Shown piece after piece: positions 18,474-30,811 of a stretch of 64,000 nucleotides of DNA. The position numbers and the translations under genes were made by a program. Each line of letters starts with the position of its first letter. Position 1 is the stretch's first letter. Under the pieces are notes generated by a model that did no database searches, had not been told where the DNA came from, and worked only from the letters and a program-made list of their open reading frames with translations. This DNA is from an uncultured Actinomycetes bacterium (GTDB lineage: Bacteria > Actinomycetota > Thermoleophilia > RBG-16-64-13): contig CAWFCN010000001.1 of the NCBI GenBank assembly GCA_963814415.1, forward strand, positions 34,533-98,532, in the 5' to 3' direction.

Positions 18474-19745
18474 GTGCCTAAGGCACCGGGAGGTTCTGAG
18501 CAGCTGCTCTGCAGCTTCTGTGGCAAGAGCCAGCGTCAGGTCAAGAAGCTCATCGCTGGACCGGGCGTGTATATCTGCGACGAGTGCATCGATCTCTGCA
18601 ACGAGATCATCGACGAGGAGTTCTCCCCGCCGGTTTCGCTGGACCTCGAGAACCTGCCGAAGCCCAAGGAGATCCACGCCATCCTCTCCGACTACGTCAT
18701 CGGGCAAGAGGAGGCCAAGCGCGCCCTGTCGGTGGCGGTCTACAACCACTACAAGCGCGTGCACATGGGCTCCTACGGCGATAGCGACGTGGAGCTACAG
18801 AAGAGCAACATCCTGCTCCTGGGGCCCACCGGTTGTGGCAAGACCCTGCTGGCGCAGACCCTGGCGCGTATCCTGAACGTGCCGTTCGCCATCGCCGACG
18901 CGACCGCTCTCACCGAGGCGGGCTACGTGGGCGAGGACGTCGAGAACATCCTGCTCAAGCTGATCCAGGCCGCGGACTTCGACGTGAAGAAGGCCGAGAC
19001 CGGCATCATCTACATCGACGAGGTCGACAAGATCGCCCGCAAGGCCGACAACCCCTCCATAACCCGCGACGTGTCGGGCGAGGGTGTGCAGCAGGCCCTG
19101 CTGAAGATCCTGGAGGGGACCCAGGCCAGCGTGCCGCCCCAGGGCGGCCGCAAGCATCCGCACCAGGAGTTCCTGACCATCGACACCACCAACATCCTGT
19201 TCATCTGCGGGGGCGCCTTCGCCGGCCTGGAGAAGGTCATCGAGCGGCGCATCGGCAAGAAGGGCATGGGCTTCGGGGCCGAGATAGTCAGCAAGGCCCA
19301 GCGCGACGTGGGCGAGCTGTTCGCCAACGTCCTGCCGGAGGACCTGTTGGAGTTCGGGCTCATCCCCGAGTTCATCGGCCGCCTGCCGGTGATAAGCAAC
19401 GTGCATCAGCTGCACGAGGAAGAGTTGGTGAGCATCCTCACGCAGCCCAAGAACGCTCTCACCAAGCAGTACCACAAGTTCTTCGCGTACGACGGCGTGG
19501 ACTTGGTTTTCGCGAAAGAGGCTCTGGATGCCATCGCCCGGCAGGCTCTCAAGCTGGAGACCGGGGCGCGCGGACTCCGTTCCATCATAGAAGCGGCTCT
19601 CATCAACGTGATGTTCGAGCTGCCCAGCCGCCGCGACGTGACCAAGTGCGTAGTCACCAAAGAGGTCATAGAGAAGAGGATCGACCCCACCCTGGTGACG
19701 AGCTCAGCGCATGAGGACTTGGAGCTCGACAAAGAATCCGCTTAG
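18474..19745 (+). CDS. clpX: Clp protease ATP-binding subunit ClpX
   Basis: CSFC...ICDEC zinc finger, [19 protein letters not shown] loop. Confidence 0.98.
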   Translation: MPKAPGGSEQLLCSFCGKSQRQVKKLIAGPGVYICDECIDLCNEIIDEEFSPPVSLDLENLPKPKEIHAILSDYVIGQEEAKRALSVAVYNHYKRVHMGSYGDSDVELQKSNILLLGPTGCGKTLLAQTLARILNVPFAIADATALTEAGYVGEDVENILLKLIQAADFDVKKAETGIIYIDEVDKIARKADNPSITRDVSGEGVQQALLKILEGTQASVPPQGGRKHPHQEFLTIDTTNILFICGGAFAGLEKVIERRIGKKGMGFGAEIVSKAQRDVGELFANVLPEDLLEFGLIPEFIGRLPVISNVHQLHEEELVSILTQPKNALTKQYHKFFAYDGVDLVFAKEALDAIARQALKLETGARGLRSIIEAALINVMFELPSRRDVTKCVVTKEVIEKRIDPTLVTSSAHEDLELDKESA

Positions 19746-19802
19746 TTAGGACCCCAATAGAGATGAACGAGCGCCCGCCCAGTCCGCGCAGGACTACGCA
19801 GT

Positions 19803-22389
19803 ATGATGGTTGACGCACAGCGGGCGGTCCCGCTTCTAGCCACCCGCGACCTGGTGCTGTTCCCCGGCACGCTCGCTCCCATCTTCGTGGAGCGCGACAA
19901 GGGCGTCCGGGCTCTGGAGCAGACCCAGCAGTCGTCGGGTCTGCTGATCATGACCGCGCAGAAGTCACCGGCCACGGACGACCCCGGGCCGGACGAGCTC
20001 CACTCCATCGGCACGCTCGCGAAGGTGGTGCAGTGGTCGCGGCTCTCGGACGGCACCCTCAAGGCCCTGGTGGAGGGCAAGGAGCGGGTGAGCATCGACG
20101 CCTTCGACTCGGTCGCGCCGCTCTTCACGGTCCGCTACACCGCACTCGGGATCAAGACGGCGGAGATCGATCCGCGGCTGCGGGCGCTCATGGATTCGGT
20201 CTCGCGCGAGTTCGCCATGTACGTGGGCCAGAACCCGCAGCTGCCCGAAGAGGCCGAGACGGCGCTGGAGACGGTCACCGAGCCCGAGGAGTTCGTGAAC
20301 GTCGTCGCCGCCAACCTGGTCATCGGGCCGGACCGCAAGCAGGAGTTGCTGGAGGGCGAGGTACCGGAGCAGCGCTTGGTGCGGCTGCTCGAGACCCTCA
20401 TACACGAGAACGAGTTCATCGCCCTGGAGAACGAGATCTCGGAGCGGGTGCACGACAGCTTCGAGCGGCAGCAACGGCGGGTGTTCTTGGCCGAGCGCAT
20501 CAAGGTCCTGCAAGAAGAGCTGGGGGAGGAGGGCGAAGAGGCCAGCGAGAAGGGCGCCTACCTCAAGCAGCTCGCAGAGAAGAAGCTGCCCGAGTCGGCG
20601 GTCGCCACCCTCACCAAGGAGATCAAGCGCCTCAGCGACCTGCCGCCGCTCTCGGCCGAGGTGGCGGTGGCCAAGACCTATCTGGAGACGGCCCTGGGCC
20701 TGCCCTGGGGACAGCGCTCCGGCTCGGCCGTGCCCGACGTGGCCGCGATAGCCCGGGTGCTCGACGAGACCCACTACGGCCTCAAGAGCGTCAAAGACCG
20801 CATCATCGAATACCTGGCGGTGGCGTCGCTGCGCGGCGGCACCCCGCCGAGCACCATACTGTGTCTGGTGGGCCCGCCCGGCGTGGGCAAGACCTCGGTG
20901 GCCATGGCTACGGCCAAAGGCCTGGACCGTCCGCTGCAGCGCATCAGCCTGGGCGGCATCAGGGACGAGGGCGAGATCCGCGGGCACCGGCGCACCTACG
21001 TGGGGGCCATGCCGGGCCGCATCATCGACGCGCTGAAGCGCGCGGGCGTGGACGACCCGGTGATCGTGTTCGACGAGATAGACAAGATGGAGTCCGACTG
21101 GCGGGGCGACCCGGCGGCGGCGCTCATGGAAGTGCTGGACCCGGTGCAGAACCGCACCTTCAGGGACAACTACCTGGAGTTGGAGTACGACCTCTCGCAT
21201 GTGTTCTTCATAGCGACCGCCAACTACGAAGAGGACATCCCCGAGACGCTGCACGACCGCTTGGAGATCATCCGGCTGCCCGGCTACACCGACAGGGAGA
21301 AGACCGAGATAGCTCGGCGCCACCTTATCCCCAAGATCGCCGAGGAGAGCGGACTGGCCGACGTCGGCGACGTGCTCGCGCCGGCCGCTCTGCACGTGCT
21401 CATCCGCGAGTACACGCGAGAGGCGGGCGTGCGCGAGATGGCGCGCCTGATAGGCAAGGTCTACCGGCGCTTGGCGCGCATGAAGGTGGAGGGCAAGCCG
21501 CTGCCGCGCAAGGTGGGCACGCAACTGCTCACCAAGCTGGCCGGGCCGGCGCCGTTCTTGGCGGCGCGGCTGGCGGCCGAACCGCAGGTGGGGGTGAGTC
21601 TGGGCCTGGCGTACACCGGGGCGGGCGGCGACGTGCTGCGCATAGAGTGCGTGGTGACCCCCGGCAAGGGCGACTTTCATCTCACCGGGCAGCTGGGCGA
21701 GATCATGCAGGAGAGTGTCACGGCCGCCTGGGGGTATCTCAAGACCTCGCTGGCCCGAGACCCCTTGTTGGCGGACCTGTGGTTCGCTTCGCCGGGACGT
21801 GCATATCTCTTGGACAACTACCAGCAGCCTGAGGGCGACGAGGGCGGTCAGGCGCGGTCGGGTGCCGCGCCGGAGCGGGGCGCCCAGGGCGAAGCCCGGG
21901 CGCCGCACGGCCGGGTCATCCGCGAGCACGCCGGCGAGCCGGGCACCCATCACGTGAGCGAGGCCGAGCGAGCACGAACCGCCCCAGCCTTCGGAGCACG
22001 AGTTGCTCTCAGCTCTCGAGGTGCGCATGCACTTCCCCGAGGGCGGCGTGCCCAAGGAGGGCCCGTCGGCCGGTATCGCGGTGGCCACGGCCCTGCTTTC
22101 GGCACTGGTGCAGGCGCCGGTACGTCCTAAGGTGGCTCTGACCGGCGAGATCACCCTCACGGGGCAGGTGCTGCCCGTGGGTGGACTCAAGGAGAAGCTG
22201 CTCGCGGCTCTGCGCGAAGGGGTGCAGACGGTCATACTGCCCAAGCAGGTGGGCCCCGAGGTGGAGGAGTTGCCGGTGGAGCTCAAGAAGGGCTTGGAGA
22301 TCGTGTACGTGGAGAACTTCACCGATGTGGTCCCGCTGGCCCTGACCACGCCTATGGTGGTCGAGAGAGAACAAGAGGGGAAGGTCTGA
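19803..22389 (+). CDS. lon: Lon protease (frameshift between ~21958 and 22003)
   Basis: [28 protein letters not shown]; PKEGPSAG and GGLKEK in the second frame. Confidence 0.93.
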
Positions 22390-22391
22390 CT

Positions 22392-25079
22392 GTGGCAGAG
22401 GTGAACATGGCAGCCCGCTACGAGCCGGGCGAGGTGGAGAAGCGCCTCATGAAGCGCTGGCTGGAGAGCGGGTCCTTCAATGCTCCAGTCGACGACGACT
22501 CGCGCCCCACCTACACCGTGTCCATCCCTCCGCCCAACGTCACCGGCTCGCTGCACATGGGGCACGCTCTCAACGACACCATCCAGGACATCCTCATCCG
22601 CTATCACCACCTCAAGGGCTTCAACACCCTCTGGGTGCTGGGCACCGACCACGCCGGCATCGCCACGCAGAACAAGGTGGAGGCGAGGCTGGCCGGTGAG
22701 GGTCTGAAGAAAGAAGACCTGGGCCGCGAAGGCTTTCATCGAGAGGGTGTGGGAGTGGAGGCGGGAGTTCGGCAGCACCATCATCCACCAGATGAAGAGC
22801 CTGGGCTGCGCCGCCGACTACGAGAACGAGCGCTTCACCATGGACGAGGCCTACCAGAAGGCGGTGGCGAAGGTCTTCGTCTCTCTTTATGAGAAGGGCG
22901 ACATCTACCGCGACGTCTACCTGGTCAACTGGTGCGTGCGCTGCGGCTCGGCCATCAGCGACCTCGAGGTGGAGCACAAAGACCAGGCCTCAAAGCTCTA
23001 TCACGTCAAGTACCCCATCGCCGGCACCGGCGAGTTCCTCGTCGTCGCCACCACCCGGCCCGAGACCATCATGGGCGACACGGCGGTGGCCGTGAACCCC
23101 AAGGACCCGCGGTACGGCAAGTACGTGGGCGGCAAGGCCGTGGTGCCGTTCGTGGGCCGCGAAGTGCCCATAATCGCCGACGAACACGTGGACATAGAGT
23201 TCGGCACCGGCGCCCTCAAGATCACTCCCGGACACGACCCCGACGACTGGGAGATCGGCATGCGGCACAAGCTGCCCAGCGTGTCGGTCATCGGGCCGGA
23301 CGGAATCATGACTGCCGAAGCGGCCGAGTTCGCGGGCCTGACGTCCACCGAGGCCCGGGAGGCCGTGCTGCGGCGGCTGGAAGAAGAGGGCCTGTTCGTC
23401 CAGGCCGAGGACTACAGCCACGCGGTGGGTACCTGCTATCGCTGCAGTACCACCATAGAGCCCTTGCTCTCGCTGCAGTGGTTCATGAAGATGGACCGGC
23501 TGGCGCCTCCCGCCATCAAAGCGGTAGAAGACGGGCGCGTCCGTTTCGTGCCCGCCCGCTGGGGTGACGTCTACCTGGATTGGATGCGGGGCATCCGCCC
23601 CTGGTGCATCAGCCGGCAGCTGTGGTGGGGCCACCGCGTGCCGGTGTACACGTGTGAGAGCTGCGAGCACATGACGGTCGCCGAGACGGCGCCGGCCAAG
23701 TGCGAGAAGTGCGGCGGGCCGGTGCAGCAAGAGGAGGACGTGCTCGACACCTGGTTCAGCTCGGCGCTGTGGCCGTTCGCCACTTTGGGCTGGCCTGAGA
23801 AGACCGCGCGCCTTGCCAAGTTCTATCCGACCGCGGTGCTTTCCACCGCGCGCGACATCATCTATCTGTGGGTGGCGCGCATGATCATGTCGGGCCTGGA
23901 GTTCATGGGCGACGTGCCCTTCAAGGACGTCATCATCCATCCGACCGTCATGGCTGCCGACGGCCGGCGCATGAGCAAGAGCCTGGGCACGGGCGTGGAC
24001 CCGCTGGAACTCATCGACCAGTACGGGGCCGACGCCACGCGGTTCGGCCTCATCTACATGGCCTCCACGCAGGACGTGCGCTTCAGCGCCGAACGCATCG
24101 AGATGGGCCGCAACTTCGCCAACAAGATCTGGAACGCCTCGCGCTTCGTGCTGCACGGCGCGCATCCGCAGGCCGTGCCCAAGGTGGAGCTGGCCACCAT
24201 AGCCGACAAGTGGATCTTCAGTCGTTTGGCGGCCGTCACCAAAGAGGTGGCCGGACTCTACGAGGCCTACGACTTCGACGTCGTCGCCCGGTCGCTCTAC
24301 CGCTTCGTGTGGAACGAGGTGTGCGACTGGTATCTGGAGATAGCCAAGACCCGACTCTACAGCGAAGACGAGGCCGAGCGCCTGCAGGTCAGCGGCAACC
24401 TGCTCGTCCTGCTGGAGAGGGTCATGCTCCTCCTGCACCCGCTCATGCCCTTCCTCACCGAAGAGATCTACGACAACCTGCCCGCGGTCGAGGGTGGCAC
24501 GCGTGCCGCGAGCATCTTCGAGGCCAAGTATCCGGAGGCGCCCGAGGCCTGGTCCGATGCGGCGGCGGAGGCGGCCATGGAGGGCTTCATGGCGGTGGTC
24601 GGGGGACTTCGATCGACGCGTGAGGAGCTGGGGCTGGCCCGCGACGTGGTCGGCCAGGCGCGCATCAGCGAAGAACGGCCGGGGGCGGCGGCAGGCATCT
24701 TGGGCCTGCGGCAGGCCTTCAGGCAACTTTCGGGTTGCGAGATCGTGGAGGGAGTCCACGGAGCAGGCCGCGCCCGACGGGACGGTTCGCCTCGGTGCAA
24801 GGCCCGGGCGTCAAGGCGCTACTCGACCTGGAGGGTCTGGTGGACGCGGAGCGCGAAAGGGTGCGTCTGATAGGCAAAGCGCAGAAGGCGGAGGCCGAAG
24901 CGGCGAAGTCCCGAGCCAAGTTGGGCAACCAGGGTTTCGTGGCGAAGGCTCCCGCTGAGGTGGTGGCCGAAGAGCAGGCCCGTCTCGACACGGCCGAAGC
25001 AGCGCTGTCCGAGGCCAAGGCGCAATACCGCGAGCGGGTCGGCGGAGAGCTGCCCCTGGAGAAGGGTAGGAAGTCGTGA
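22392..25079 (+). CDS. valS: Valine--tRNA ligase (frameshifts near 22735 and ~24760)
   Basis: [45 protein letters not shown]; C-terminal coiled coil FVAKAP. Confidence 0.95.
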
Positions 25080-26405
25080 GCGCGCGGACACCCAGCGGAC
25101 ACATAGCTAGCGAGCACGTCTCCAGTCCACAGGAGACCTGGGAATACATCGACGGACTCGAACGCCTGGGCATCAACCTGGGCTTGCAGCGCATAACAAA
25201 GCTGGTCAAAGAACTCGGTTCGCCGCACCAGGCCTACAAGACCATCCATGTGGTCGGCACCAACGGCAAGTCTTCGACGACGCGGTTCATAGCCGCACTG
25301 TTGGAGGCTCAGGGCCACACTGTGGGGGCCTATGTCTCGCCGCACCTCATCAGTCTGGCGGAGCGGCAGATGGTGAATTCGGTGCCGCCGACCGAGCAGG
25401 AGTTCTGCGAGCTGGTGGACCGCGTGCGGCCTGCCGCCGAGAAGGTCGACAAGTCTCTCAAGGGGGGCGAGCGTCTGACCCAGTTCGAGATCCTCACCGC
25501 GGCGGCCCTTCTCTACTTCAAAGAGAAGGGTTGCGACGTGGCGGTCATCGAGGCGGGGCTGGGCGGGCGGCTGGACGCCACCTCGGTCATCTCCTCAGAG
25601 GTGCAGGTGCTCACCAGTATCGGCCTGGAGCACACCGAGCTACTGGGCGACACGCTGTCGAAGATACTCATGGAGAAGGCGGCGGTCATCCCTCAGAAGG
25701 GCAGGGTCGTGGTGGGGGTACTGGCCGAGGAGCTCAAGGCCGAGCTCAGGAAGTTCTGCGCCGGCAAGGGCGCCGAGTGCTACTTCTTGGGTGAGCAGTT
25801 CGCCGTGCTGGCCGATCCGCGTGCCGACTCGTTCGACATCTCCGGCATCGTGGGGTGCTACCCAGATGTGAGGCTCAAGGTCCTGGGGGCCTACCAGCGG
25901 ACCAATGCCGCGGTGGCCGTAGCGGCGGTGGAACTGCTGAGCGGGAGCGAACTCAGCGACGATGTAGTCCGCACGGCTCTGGGGAACACGGTGTCTCCCG
26001 GACGTCTGGAGGTCATCAGCACGCAGCCCCTCTGCATATTCGACGGGTCTCACAACCCGCAGGGGATGGCGGAGACGGTGAGTCTCGCTGCAGCCGATCT
26101 TGGAGCGGCGCAGGCTTATCGCCGTGGTCTCTATCCTGCGCGACAAGGACGCGCTGGATATCATGCGCTCTCTGGTACCGGCCTGCGACATCATCTTCGC
26201 GACGCAGACCTCCAGCCCGCGGGCGCTCAAAGCCGACGAACTGGCGGCCATCATCGCCAAGTTGGGGAAAGGACCGGAGGTCTTCATAGACCCCGACCCG
26301 CGCTCGGCTATGGTCAGCGCCTATCGGTTGGCGACCTCCAACCAAGTGGTGCTGGTCACAGGCTCGCTTACCCTGGTGTCGGATCTCAAGAGGGAACTGA
26401 ACTAG
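25076..26405 (+). CDS. folC: Folylpolyglutamate synthase/dihydrofolate synthase (frameshift ~26085)
   Basis: HVVGTNGKSST, SPHL, EAGLGGRLDAT, DGSHN; terminal VTGSL in ORF 26100-26405. Confidence 0.92.
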
Positions 26406-26480
26406 GGGAGAAGCCTTCTAACGAGGGAACAGGCACCAGTGTGTCGAATGGTCCTAGAGTAAGCGTCAGAGGAGAGGAAG

Positions 26481-26987
26481 CTGGACAGTTTCGTAGACAA
26501 TGTGAACAAGATCCTGGGCTCACCCTGGTGGGGTCTCAGCTTCTACGTGTTCATCTTCTGCTTGGTGGTGCTCTGGTTGGCCTTGGTCGTGTGGACCTAT
26601 AAAGACGCACGCAAGCGCATGAACGATCTGATCATCATCGTGGTCTCGGTGCTCACCTCGCTTGTGCTCCCTTACATGGGCACCCTCATCTATGCGATCT
26701 TAAGGCCCGCGGAATACCTGGCCGAGACTCGCGAGCGGGAATTGGAGATGCGGGCTATGGAGCAGGAGCTCCAGACCATGAGGGCCTGCCCGTCGTGCGG
26801 GGAGAGCATCAAACCCGACTACGTGGCCTGTCCGAACTGTCGCCGGGCTCTGCGCTCCACCTGTCCTACGTGCGACCGGGTTCTTGAGCCGACTTGGAAG
26901 GTGTGCCCGTACTGCGGGCAGGACCCCAGGGCGAGGCGGGTGGCTCCGCCTTCGGAGGAGCCCACTGCGGTCAGTCACGGAGCCTAG
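26481..26987 (+). CDS. Membrane protein with double zinc ribbon
   Basis: Two or three TM segments then CPSC/CPNC/CPTC/CPYC; start is CTG 26481 (after the SD) or GTG 26502. Confidence 0.85.
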   Translation: MDSFVDNVNKILGSPWWGLSFYVFIFCLVVLWLALVVWTYKDARKRMNDLIIIVVSVLTSLVLPYMGTLIYAILRPAEYLAETRERELEMRAMEQELQTMRACPSCGESIKPDYVACPNCRRALRSTCPTCDRVLEPTWKVCPYCGQDPRARRVAPPSEEPTAVSHGA

Positions 26988-27054
26988 CGCCTTCGCGCGG
27001 GGCCGGTCGGTCATCGGACAAAGCGCGCGGCGCGCACGTTTCTGGGAGGAAGTA

Positions 27055-27477
27055 GTGGTCGAGCGTACACTCGTTCTCGTCAAGCCCAGCGGGGTCGCGA
27101 GGGGCATCATCGGAGAGGTCATCGGGCGCATGGAGCGGAGGGGCCTGGCGATCAAGGTCGCTCGTCTGCTGATGGTGACCAAGGAGATGGCGGCTCTTCA
27201 CTATGCTGAGCATGTCAGCAAGCCCTTCTACGATGAACTGGTAGAGCACATCACGTCTGGTCCGGTCTTCGCCATGGTCGTGGAGGGCCCTGAGGCCGTG
27301 CGGATCGTGCGGACCATGATGGGCGCCACCAATCCGCTGGAAGCGGCGCCGGGCACGGTCAGGGGAGACTTTGGGCTGAGCGTGCTCCGCAACGTTGTGC
27401 ACAGCGCCGACAGTCCCGCCAGCGCCGAGCGCGAGATAGCGATCTACTTCCCCGAGGGCGGGGACCTGAAGAGCTAG
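27055..27477 (+). CDS. ndk: Nucleoside diphosphate kinase
   Basis: ERTLVLVKP, GATNP..AAPGTVRGDF, NVVHSADS. Confidence 0.96.
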   Translation: MVERTLVLVKPSGVARGIIGEVIGRMERRGLAIKVARLLMVTKEMAALHYAEHVSKPFYDELVEHITSGPVFAMVVEGPEAVRIVRTMMGATNPLEAAPGTVRGDFGLSVLRNVVHSADSPASAEREIAIYFPEGGDLKS

Positions 27478-27481
27478 TCTG

Positions 27482-28132
27482 TTGCGGTTCCCCGAGGACT
27501 TCCAGCTGGTGCTGGCCTCTCAGTCGCCGCGGAGGCATTCGCTGCTCCGCGACCTGGGGATACCCTTCACGGTGGCGGTGTCGGAGGCGACGGAGCTCAC
27601 GGACGGCCGTCCGGTATCGCGTCTTGCCCAGGATAACGCTCTGGCTAAGGTGCTCGGAGCCAGGCTGCCCGAAGGGCTGGGCAGTGGAGCGTTCGTACTT
27701 GGCACCGACACGCTCGTCAGTCTGGGCCGAAAGGTCATGGGCAAACCCGCTTCGGCAGAAGAGGCTCGGGAGATGCTGACAGCGCTGTCTGGCCGCAGGC
27801 ACCGCGTGGTGTCCGGGGTGGCTCTTGCCCGCTCGGTCGGCGGATCGTTGCAGACGCCCGGCACTCGAGTGCGGGTGGCCGCCGCTGTGACCGAGGTCGC
27901 GTTCGCCCGTCTGAGCAAGGAGCAGATAGAGGCGTACGTGGAGAGCGGTGAGTGGCGGGGCAAGGCGGGTGGATATGCGGTGCAGGGCGTGGCCGCCTTG
28001 TTCGTCCGAGGCCTCAGGGGCGAGTACACGAGCGTCGTAGGGCTGCCGCTTCATCTGCTGTACGGGCTCTTCAGCGAACTAGGCTTCGACCTGGTGCGTC
28101 GTACATGGACGGAGCCCGACGGCGCTAGGTGA
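27482..28132 (+). CDS. maf: Maf nucleotide pyrophosphatase
   Basis: LASQSPRR, GTDT, GKAGGYAVQG, VVGLP. Confidence 0.95.
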   Translation: MRFPEDFQLVLASQSPRRHSLLRDLGIPFTVAVSEATELTDGRPVSRLAQDNALAKVLGARLPEGLGSGAFVLGTDTLVSLGRKVMGKPASAEEAREMLTALSGRRHRVVSGVALARSVGGSLQTPGTRVRVAAAVTEVAFARLSKEQIEAYVESGEWRGKAGGYAVQGVAALFVRGLRGEYTSVVGLPLHLLYGLFSELGFDLVRRTWTEPDGAR

Positions 28133-28223
28133 ATCGGCACGCGAGAGTCGCAGTGGGTATAATACGCGGACCCCGCAGTCAGGCCGACCGGGGTGAAGCG
28201 GCTAGCCGCTAGGAGGAAGCACC

Positions 28224-29267
28224 ATAGCTATCACGGAGTTCATCACCGGTTTTGCCGGTAGAGATCTAGCGATCGACCTGGGTACGGCGACGACGCTCGT
28301 GTACCTGCGCGGGCGCGGCATCGTCCTTTCGGAGCCGTCGGTGGTGGCTATAGACACGCGCTCCGGAGAGGTGCTCGCTGTGGGCGCCGATGCTAAGCGC
28401 ATGCTCGGTAGGACCCCCGGTACCATCACCGCCATCAGACCGCTCAAAGACGGAGTCATCGCCGACTTCGACGTCACCGAGCAGATGCTGCGCCACTTCA
28501 TCCAGCGTGTACACCAGAACCGTTGGGCCCACCCGCGTGTGGTGGTCTGTGTGCCTTCGGGCGTGACTGGGGTGGAGCGCAGAGCGGTCGAGGAAGCCAC
28601 TATCAGCGCGGGGGCCAGGGCCGCCTACCTCATCGAGGAGCCCATGGCGGCAGCTATCGGCGCCGGTCTGCCTGTCGCAGAGGCCACGGGTAGCATGATC
28701 GTGGACATCGGCGGCGGTACCACAGAAGTGGCAGTCATCTCACTGGCCGGCATAGTGGTCTCGCAGTCGGTGCGCATCGGCGGCGATGAGCTGGATGAGG
28801 CGATCATTGCCTACATGAAGAGGGAGTTCAAGCTGATGATCGGCAGTCAGACTGCCGAGGAGCTGAAGATCGAGATCGGCTCCGCCTATCCGCTCGATCC
28901 CGAACAGGAGGCAGAGATCCGCGGCCGTGACCTTGTCACCGGCCTCCCCAAGACCCTGGTCATCTCGTCGGAGGAGATCCGCGAGGCCATAAACGAACCA
29001 GTCAACGCGATCATCGACGCCATCAAGTCCACGCTGGACAAGACTCCGCCCGAACTGGCCGCCGACATCATGGATAGGGGCATCATGCTCGCCGGCGGAG
29101 GCTCTCTGCTGCAGGGCATGTGCGAGAGGGTGCGCGATGAGACTCAGATGCCGGTAAACCGGGCGGAATCGCCCTTGACGTGTGTTGTCGTGGGCTCAGG
29201 CCGCTCGTTGGAGGAGTTCGAGACTCTCCATCGACTTTCGCAGAGGTCCAGAAGACACCGCTACTAG
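28224..29267 (+). CDS. mreB: Rod shape-determining protein MreB (apparent ATA start)
   Basis: AIDLGTAT lies upstream of the track start; [29 protein letters not shown]. Confidence 0.96.
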   Translation: MAITEFITGFAGRDLAIDLGTATTLVYLRGRGIVLSEPSVVAIDTRSGEVLAVGADAKRMLGRTPGTITAIRPLKDGVIADFDVTEQMLRHFIQRVHQNRWAHPRVVVCVPSGVTGVERRAVEEATISAGARAAYLIEEPMAAAIGAGLPVAEATGSMIVDIGGGTTEVAVISLAGIVVSQSVRIGGDELDEAIIAYMKREFKLMIGSQTAEELKIEIGSAYPLDPEQEAEIRGRDLVTGLPKTLVISSEEIREAINEPVNAIIDAIKSTLDKTPPELAADIMDRGIMLAGGGSLLQGMCERVRDETQMPVNRAESPLTCVVVGSGRSLEEFETLHRLSQRSRRHRY

Positions 29268-29282
29268 CTGGCGGAGGTCGAT

Positions 29283-30266
29283 ATGTCCGACAAATCAGCC
29301 TGGCGAAGAGGCATCTTCGTCTTCTTGATAGTAGCTTCGCTCGCACTGCTGACTGTGGCATTCCGCGAGTCGGAGACAGGACCGGTGCACGCCGTGCGCC
29401 AAGCCTTCGCATCCGTGCTCTCGCCTCTGCAGGCCCTGGGCTCCAAAGTGGCGGAGCCTTTCCAGGACGGCTACGACTGGATCAAGTCGGTATGGTCCGT
29501 CAAGAAGGACAAGGAGGCTCTCGAAATCCAGAAGGACACCCTCGAGGGCCTGATAATCCAACTCTCAGAGCAGAAGGACGAGAACGCGAGATTGAGGGCC
29601 TTGCTCGACTTGCAGACGGTGTCCTATCCGGAGGGCATCGAGTTCATGGTGGCCAAGGTCATAGCCAAGTCGCCCAGTCAGTGGGAAGCGTGGGTACTCA
29701 TAGACAAAGGCACCGACGACAACAAGGCGCTCAAGGTCGGCATGCCTGTGGTAGGAGCCACACCGAGGGTGGGCGACGCGCTGCCGGGTAAAGGACTGGT
29801 GGGGAAGATAGTCGAGGTCGACGCGCATACTGCCAAAGTGCTGTTGATCATAGACTCGCAGTCCGCCGTCGCGGCCAAGATCCAATCCTCGCGCGCTGAA
29901 GGTATCCTGCACGGCTCCATGGAGGGAAAACTCACCATGGATTATGTCGACCGCGACCTGGTGGTCGATCCCAAGCTGGTGGTGGTCACCTCGGGGTACG
30001 GTGGAGTCTACCCGGCCGGCGTACCCATAGGGCTCATCAGCAGCGTGGGCGAGGAGACCATCAACATCTACAAAGAGATCGAGGTCCAGCCGTTTGTGGA
30101 CTTCCGTGTGCTGGAGGAAGTCATGGTGCTCTTGGTCGTGCTCCCCAATCCGCTCGACCCGACTACCACAACGCTCGCCGGCGCCACTACTACTACCCTT
30201 CCGACCACCACGACCCGGTCTACGACAACCACGAGCTCGACCACCACTACGACGTCAAGTAGGTAG
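29283..30266 (+). CDS. mreC: Rod shape-determining protein MreC with Thr-rich tail
   Basis: N-terminal TM, ENARLRALL, IDKG, GLVGKI, VTSGYGGVYPAGVPIG. Confidence 0.93.
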   Translation: MSDKSAWRRGIFVFLIVASLALLTVAFRESETGPVHAVRQAFASVLSPLQALGSKVAEPFQDGYDWIKSVWSVKKDKEALEIQKDTLEGLIIQLSEQKDENARLRALLDLQTVSYPEGIEFMVAKVIAKSPSQWEAWVLIDKGTDDNKALKVGMPVVGATPRVGDALPGKGLVGKIVEVDAHTAKVLLIIDSQSAVAAKIQSSRAEGILHGSMEGKLTMDYVDRDLVVDPKLVVVTSGYGGVYPAGVPIGLISSVGEETINIYKEIEVQPFVDFRVLEEVMVLLVVLPNPLDPTTTTLAGATTTTLPTTTTRSTTTTSSTTTTTSSR

Positions 30267-30271
30267 CCCTG

Positions 30272-30811
30272 GTGGATCAGACACGTATCATGGCCATCGC
30301 CAAAGTCGCGGCAGTCATCCTGATAGCCGTTTTGCTACAGATCCTGCTGGTGTCGCACGTCACGGTGTTGGATCTCAGCATCGACCTGTTCGTCATCTTC
30401 ACTGTCATCATGGCGTCGAGCTGGGGACCTCTTGCGGGCGCCGTGTTCGGCTTCGCGGCGGGTATAGCGGCCGATACCGCGTATCGGGCGCCCCTGGGGA
30501 TGCGGTCGCTGGTGTATGTGATCGTGGGCTACGCACTGGGAGTGCTGGCCGGCCGTCTGCGGAGCGGCGGCCCGCGCATGATCTTTCTCTACACACTCGG
30601 GTCGTCGTTCGCCGCGAAGATCGTGCTTGGTCTGTTCTCGTTCCTTATGGGCCCGCGGTCCGGGTTTTTCGAGATGCTGGGTCTGCAGATGATCCCAGGG
30701 GCGGCCTTGGATGCCCTGTTCGCCATACCGGTCTTTGTGCTGTTGGTGAAGCTGAAACTCATCCCCGCCCCACGAGTTGACGTGGGCACGTCCGGAGAGG
30801 CGGTGAAGTGA
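30272..30811 (+). CDS. mreD: Rod shape-determining protein MreD
   Basis: Hydrophobic 179 aa, GAVFGFAAGIAAD; synteny. Confidence 0.88.
   Translation: MDQTRIMAIAKVAAVILIAVLLQILLVSHVTVLDLSIDLFVIFTVIMASSWGPLAGAVFGFAAGIAADTAYRAPLGMRSLVYVIVGYALGVLAGRLRSGGPRMIFLYTLGSSFAAKIVLGLFSFLMGPRSGFFEMLGLQMIPGAALDALFAIPVFVLLVKLKLIPAPRVDVGTSGEAVK

Noticed and set aside
19965-24759. Long antisense ORFs (939 aa and 589 aa) opposite lon and valS, and similar ones opposite clpX, mrdA, pcrA, ftsI, murE and ftsW
   Set aside because: Shadow frames produced by strong GC3 bias on the coding strand; no recognisable motifs
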